Positions 59,362 to 64,000 of a stretch of DNA of 64,000 nucleotides are shown in pieces. The notes under the pieces were generated by a model. The model was not told the origin of the DNA and did no database searches. It was given only the letters and a program-made list of their open reading frames with translations. Made by a program: the position numbers and the translations under genes. Position 1 is the stretch's first letter. Each line of letters starts with the position of its first letter. Location of the stretch: NCBI RefSeq assembly GCF_001194135.2, contig NC_068991.1:5967834-6031833 (forward strand), given 5' to 3'. Source of the stretch: Octopus bimaculoides. Its lineage: Eukaryota.

Positions 59362-62078
59362 AGAATGCCTTGTAATATTTGTTCTGGTTAAGGTAGTGAG
59401 CTGGCAGAATCATTAGCATGCTGGGAAAAATGCTTGGTGGCATTTCATCTGTCTCTACATTCAGGGTTCAAATTCCACCAAGGTCAACTTTGCCTTCCAT
59501 TTTTCACAGTTGATGAATTAAATACCAGTTGAGCACAGGGGCTGATGTTATTAACTTACCCCTCCCCCAGAATTGCAGGCCTTGTACCAAAATTTGAAAC
59601 CAATATTTGTCCTGATTTGGCAGCAAGCTGGCAGAACTGTTAGCACACAGGGTAAAATGCTAAGCAGCATTTTGTCCTTTACGTTCTGAGTTCAAATTCC
59701 ACCAAAGTCAACTTTGCCTTTCATCCTTTCAGGTCCAATAAAACAAATACCAGCTGAGTACTGGTGTCAATCTAATCAACTTACTCCCACCCCTGAACTT
59801 GCTGGACTTGTGCAAAAATTTGAAACCAAGCCAGGATTTGTTCTGGTTATTCCACTCAGTTGATAAATGAATTACTAGTCAAGCAGTGGGGTTGATGTAA
59901 GCAAATAGTCCTCTCTCCCAAAATTTCAGGCCTTGTGCCTGTAGTAGAAAAGATTATTTCTGGTTCTCTACTTTCTAGGTTCAGATTCCACTGAGATCAA
60001 TATTGTATTTCATTCTTCCAGGGTTGATAAAATACTACTCAAACATTGTCTCTCTCTTTTTCTCTTTCAGAATCAGTTATATTGTGCTGTGGAAAAAGGT
60101 TATGAGGTATCATAGACAGCATCCCTTTCTCAAAAATAAAGAGAAAAGTTGGACCCGACCTTGTTGTCATAGAAAAACTTAAAAAGCTACTGGAACCTTC
60201 CAGAAATGGACAGTGTGCACTCCATCATGGAATTGAAATAATGTTTATGACTTCATTGCTGGATGCGAATTTCATTCTATTCTTTCAAGTTATTTGGGTG
60301 CCAGTTGCTGGGGATTTGGCCGATTTCTCTTGTTTACCTCCAGGTCAATCCCAAAATAGCTATCCCTTTTTTTCTATGTATCTAGGATTGCTTTTTGTAA
60401 TAAATTTTTCTTAAGGCAGTACAGTGTAATTTGAGGGAATTTGGTTGTTATTTCTGCAGATCGACCATATAGAAGAGGCTTCCACTTTGACGTTATTTAG
60501 CTCCAGGTCACCGCTGATCAAAAGCATGCCACGCATGACCATCACGTCTTAGTTTATGATGTATTATGTCAAGGACTACATTCTCCATTGTGTCTTCCTT
60601 TTTTCAAAAATAAAGTGTGATTTGAGGGAGATTTGATTGTCGTTTCTAGCAGGTCGAATGGCCACATCGAAGCTTCCACGTTTGCTCGAATACCCACTAA
60701 AATGAAAGGCATTTCAGCCTTGACTTCCCCATCTTATCTGTGGTGCGTAAAATTACATTATCTAATGCTTCTTTTTCTTACTCGAGACTGTAAGGTATGA
60801 TTTGAGGGAGACTGGCTGTTATTTCTAGTAAGTCGAACGAACGCACAGAGGCTTTCTTAAAGCAGAAATGGTGGAATGCTTTGCAGAATTTAATTCCACC
60901 ACTCTATTATGCAGGGTTAAAAATCCTACAGTAACTGACATTGCCTTTCAACATTCTCAAGCCAATAAATAATACCTGGCACATCTTGAGATCAATTAGT
61001 TGAAAATCTCTCCACCTTCTTACAAACGTGTGGCCTTGCACTACAGAAATCATTAATGTTGCTATTGTTCATTTCTTTTTACTGATTATCAATATTTTCT
61101 TATTAATTCTGGTGAATTGATGTTCGTCTGAACAAGACTCTATCTGCAGGTACCACAGTAAAGCTTAATGACTAGCTACGTCAATACTTTCAATATCATG
61201 TACGTTGTTCAGTAATGCAGTGTCCTTTCTGCATTTTGTATGCTTCAAGGACCTTGGGAGGCGGCTTTTCTAGCTGAACTCCTCATTATCATTATTGTGG
61301 TAAACTAGTTGTAGTCTTCTGTTCATAGTAAAACGGAATTAACTTCCATTGGTGATTCCTGTTTTGTAGTGGCCTCACTTAACGTCTTAAATAAATACCT
61401 GTCTCCTTTCTTTCAACTACCAATTCTCTCAGCCTTCGAAGGTCAATGGAAATATCAGTGATCTACTGCAACGATTCAGTCAGTATAGTGGCGTACATGT
61501 TGAAGCAAGTTTCTCGACAATCAAAAAATCATCTTCTTGTCACAAATAGCAGTTAATCATTTTGATTCACCTAACCATTTAATTGTTTGGGAAAATGCAC
61601 GGACATTCCTTCGTCCACTAAATCCCCATTGAATTGAACATATAAACTTTTATGCCAATGTAAGAATAGACGAAGTCAGCCAAGAGGCTTCACGGTATCA
61701 TTTTAGTGCTCTCGATGTTTCGGGTTCAAATCCCACCGGGGCAGATTTTGAATTTCATCATTCCGCGGTCGATGAAGCATGTAATAAATGGATTCGTCTA
61801 TACCGCTTCTTTATAAATGTTGGCCTTGATCATAGATATAAAAAAACCCCATTATTTCTATTCTTACAATTCCTATCATAACACTAATTATAGTTACAAT
61901 TTGAAAAGCAAATATGGCAGTAATCTAATCTTTAGTTGGACTACAACCATTTCATGATTTCCTGCAAGCAATATTTAGAGGAAACATGCGAAATCTTTCT
62001 GTCGAGGTCGGCAACAAGTCAGAAAATAAAAGCTAGAATCACAGTTCATTATATATATATATAACCTTCTACATTATA

Positions 62079-62109
<31 letters not shown>

Positions 62110-63170
62110 GGATCTTTCTGTATATATATATATATAACGTGTATGTATATATATATTATAATGTCTTATGTTTGGGTTAAATTTCAAACTAATACTTCCC
62201 AAGATTTGTTTGAGAAATGAATAACGAAACCTCATTTAGAATTGAAGCTCTGCTCAATTTGTTATTGTGTAGTGCGTGTGTACATGTATGTGTGTATGCA
62301 GACAGAGAGAGAGAGAGATGTTTTCCCAAGACACAATATAGAGAGAGAGACATATATTGCAGACACACATACATAAAACTACAGATATTTTATGCATAAA
62401 TTTCCTCTCAGTTGTGAGTGTATGTAAATATCCATGCATGTAAGGCATGCCAATACACGTCGTATGTGTTTGATACAGTGAGGCGAGTGAGGGAGGGGAC
62501 TGATTCTAAAAATTCTAGCCATACGAGGCATTTTCGAGTCTTAAACTTAACTCTTCATGGCTGAGAGCGAGCACTAATAATTGTAATTTATTCAGTCTTT
62601 AATATCTGTATGTTTATTTTTAGGTTTTTCATCAGTTATTTCACACATAAAATTCATCATGTAGACCCTGATTTTATAACTAATCCTATATAAATATATA
62701 TATTTATATATGTATCTATATGTACATGTAGATGAAGGTATGTACATATATATGCATATACTCATATATTGTTTATATATATGTATATGTATCGTGTGTG
62801 TGTGTATTCATATATTTAGTGGTGGTCTGGAGAAATGTCTGTTTATATAGTCAGCCCGTTCGCATGTGTATTGAAATGTGGTAGCTTTTCTTTATTTGGA
62901 AATTTAATGTCGAAATTTTAAAAAAATTAACACAGAAATGCTATTAGTTAGAAATATTCCTTCTAATATACTGTCAGAAATTGTTTTGCAACAATAATGG
63001 TAAAAAAAAAGTTTTTATTATTATATTCTGCGCGAAGTGTGTCTTTCACTCCACCTTTTCCCGAATTACACGACATTAAAGCTCTACTTCCGGAATCCAC
63101 ACAGTAGCAGAGAGAGAGAGAATTAAACAAAAAAAAACCCCTCACTTTAAATTAGAGATAACTTTGTAAA

Positions 63171-63173
63171 ATG
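63171..63173 (+). CDS. Possible ATG-only first coding exon of a downstream gene
   Basis: AAAATG|GTGAGT in a CpG-retaining region with ACTTCCGG (ETS-like) at 63086-63093; no downstream exon in the window. Confidence 0.3.
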
Positions 63174-63581
63174 GTGAGTTGGAATTTTATTTAGTAATCA
63201 TAATCTACTAGCTATGGGTTTGCATTAGACAACAGACACTGTGTTTTTGAGTGATGAAGTTGGCCCCAAAACAGCCAGATAAAAAGCCAAGTTGGTCTTT
63301 TTTGGTCGTCTTCGAGGCGCAATGCATGCTGGGGGATTGCGAACTTGTTTAATATGGCGCTGACCAGATGGGAGGTAATGTTATTTATTTCTACTAAACA
63401 CAGCTTTATTAGCTTCAGCTTTCTTTTCCAGAACCATTACGTGCATTCTAGAATTCTATTAACGGATAGCTTTCTCACTTCCATTCATCTGATTGTCTAT
63501 ATTCACTTAACGATGTTGTTAGCTCGATTCTAATGTTGCTTTGCTGCACCAACACACATACACATATATATACATACATAC

Positions 63582-63612
<31 letters not shown>

Positions 63613-64000
63613 ATTAGGGACAAAATCCAAAATTACAGGTAAAAACTCAATTAAAATCAATTTATAAAAAATTAAAATTAAATTGAGCTTTACAGAGTAA
63701 AATATATATATACATATACATACATACATACATATATACATGTGGCTACTTATGCACACCCTCTCGTCTATCTTGAATTTTTTTTCTTTTAATAAATTGT
63801 CTTCCTTAATCGTAATTTTCCCTCATCTCCAGATGTCTATGTAAATACACAAACGGCTTTTTTTCTTTCTCTCCCTGAAATACCATTTAAGCATCCAGAT
63901 CGATGTCTTGTATGGCATTAAGAGGCATCCCTCCTCTTCTAGTTGTAACTTGTTTCCTCGACTCTGGATTATGGCATCGTTTGTAATTTCATTCCTACAT

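Noticed and set aside
60071-60106. 36-nt exon-like segment (NQLYCAVEKGYE) with a strong acceptor, vaguely ankyrin-like
   Set aside because: The donor is weak, no partner exons were found, and it is too short to support.
63354-63374. ATG GCG CTG ACC AGA TGG GAG|gtaatg possible first exon
   Set aside because: It is uncorroborated and weaker than the 63171 candidate.
1-64000. CRISPR arrays, rRNA genes or prokaryotic operons
   Set aside because: None were seen. The DNA is eukaryotic and intron-rich, and the periodic repeats are SINEs or microsatellites without unique spacers.

Overview
AT-rich, microsatellite- and SINE-dense animal genomic DNA with 5 N-gaps. The repeat content looks cephalopod/Octopus-like; this is an inference. 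Two convergent spliced genes were reconstructed by hand. (1) A divergent calmodulin-like EF-hand gene lies on + (5 coding exons, 3353-30993, about 154 aa; exon 1 is less certain), and its EF1 loop ends in Q instead of E. (2) A complete AP-4 complex subunit mu gene (AP4M1) lies on - (13 coding exons, 51101-36719, 444 aa), and its first intron has U12 (minor spliceosome) signals. The best non-obvious signal is a pair of paralogous box H/ACA snoRNAs (29040-29167 and 30015-30144) in the last intron of the calmodulin-like gene. Their 5' pocket fits the conserved 18S rRNA motif AUAGCGUA-U-A-UUAAAG, as for vertebrate SNORA46. Two Penelope-like element remnants carry a minimal hammerhead ribozyme downstream of a tRNA-derived Pol III head. 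The window also has several long fold-back hairpins, hAT, mariner, piggyBac-like and foldback MITEs, and a possible first exon of a further gene near 63.2 kb. Most ORFs in the supplied track are microsatellite or N-gap artefacts.
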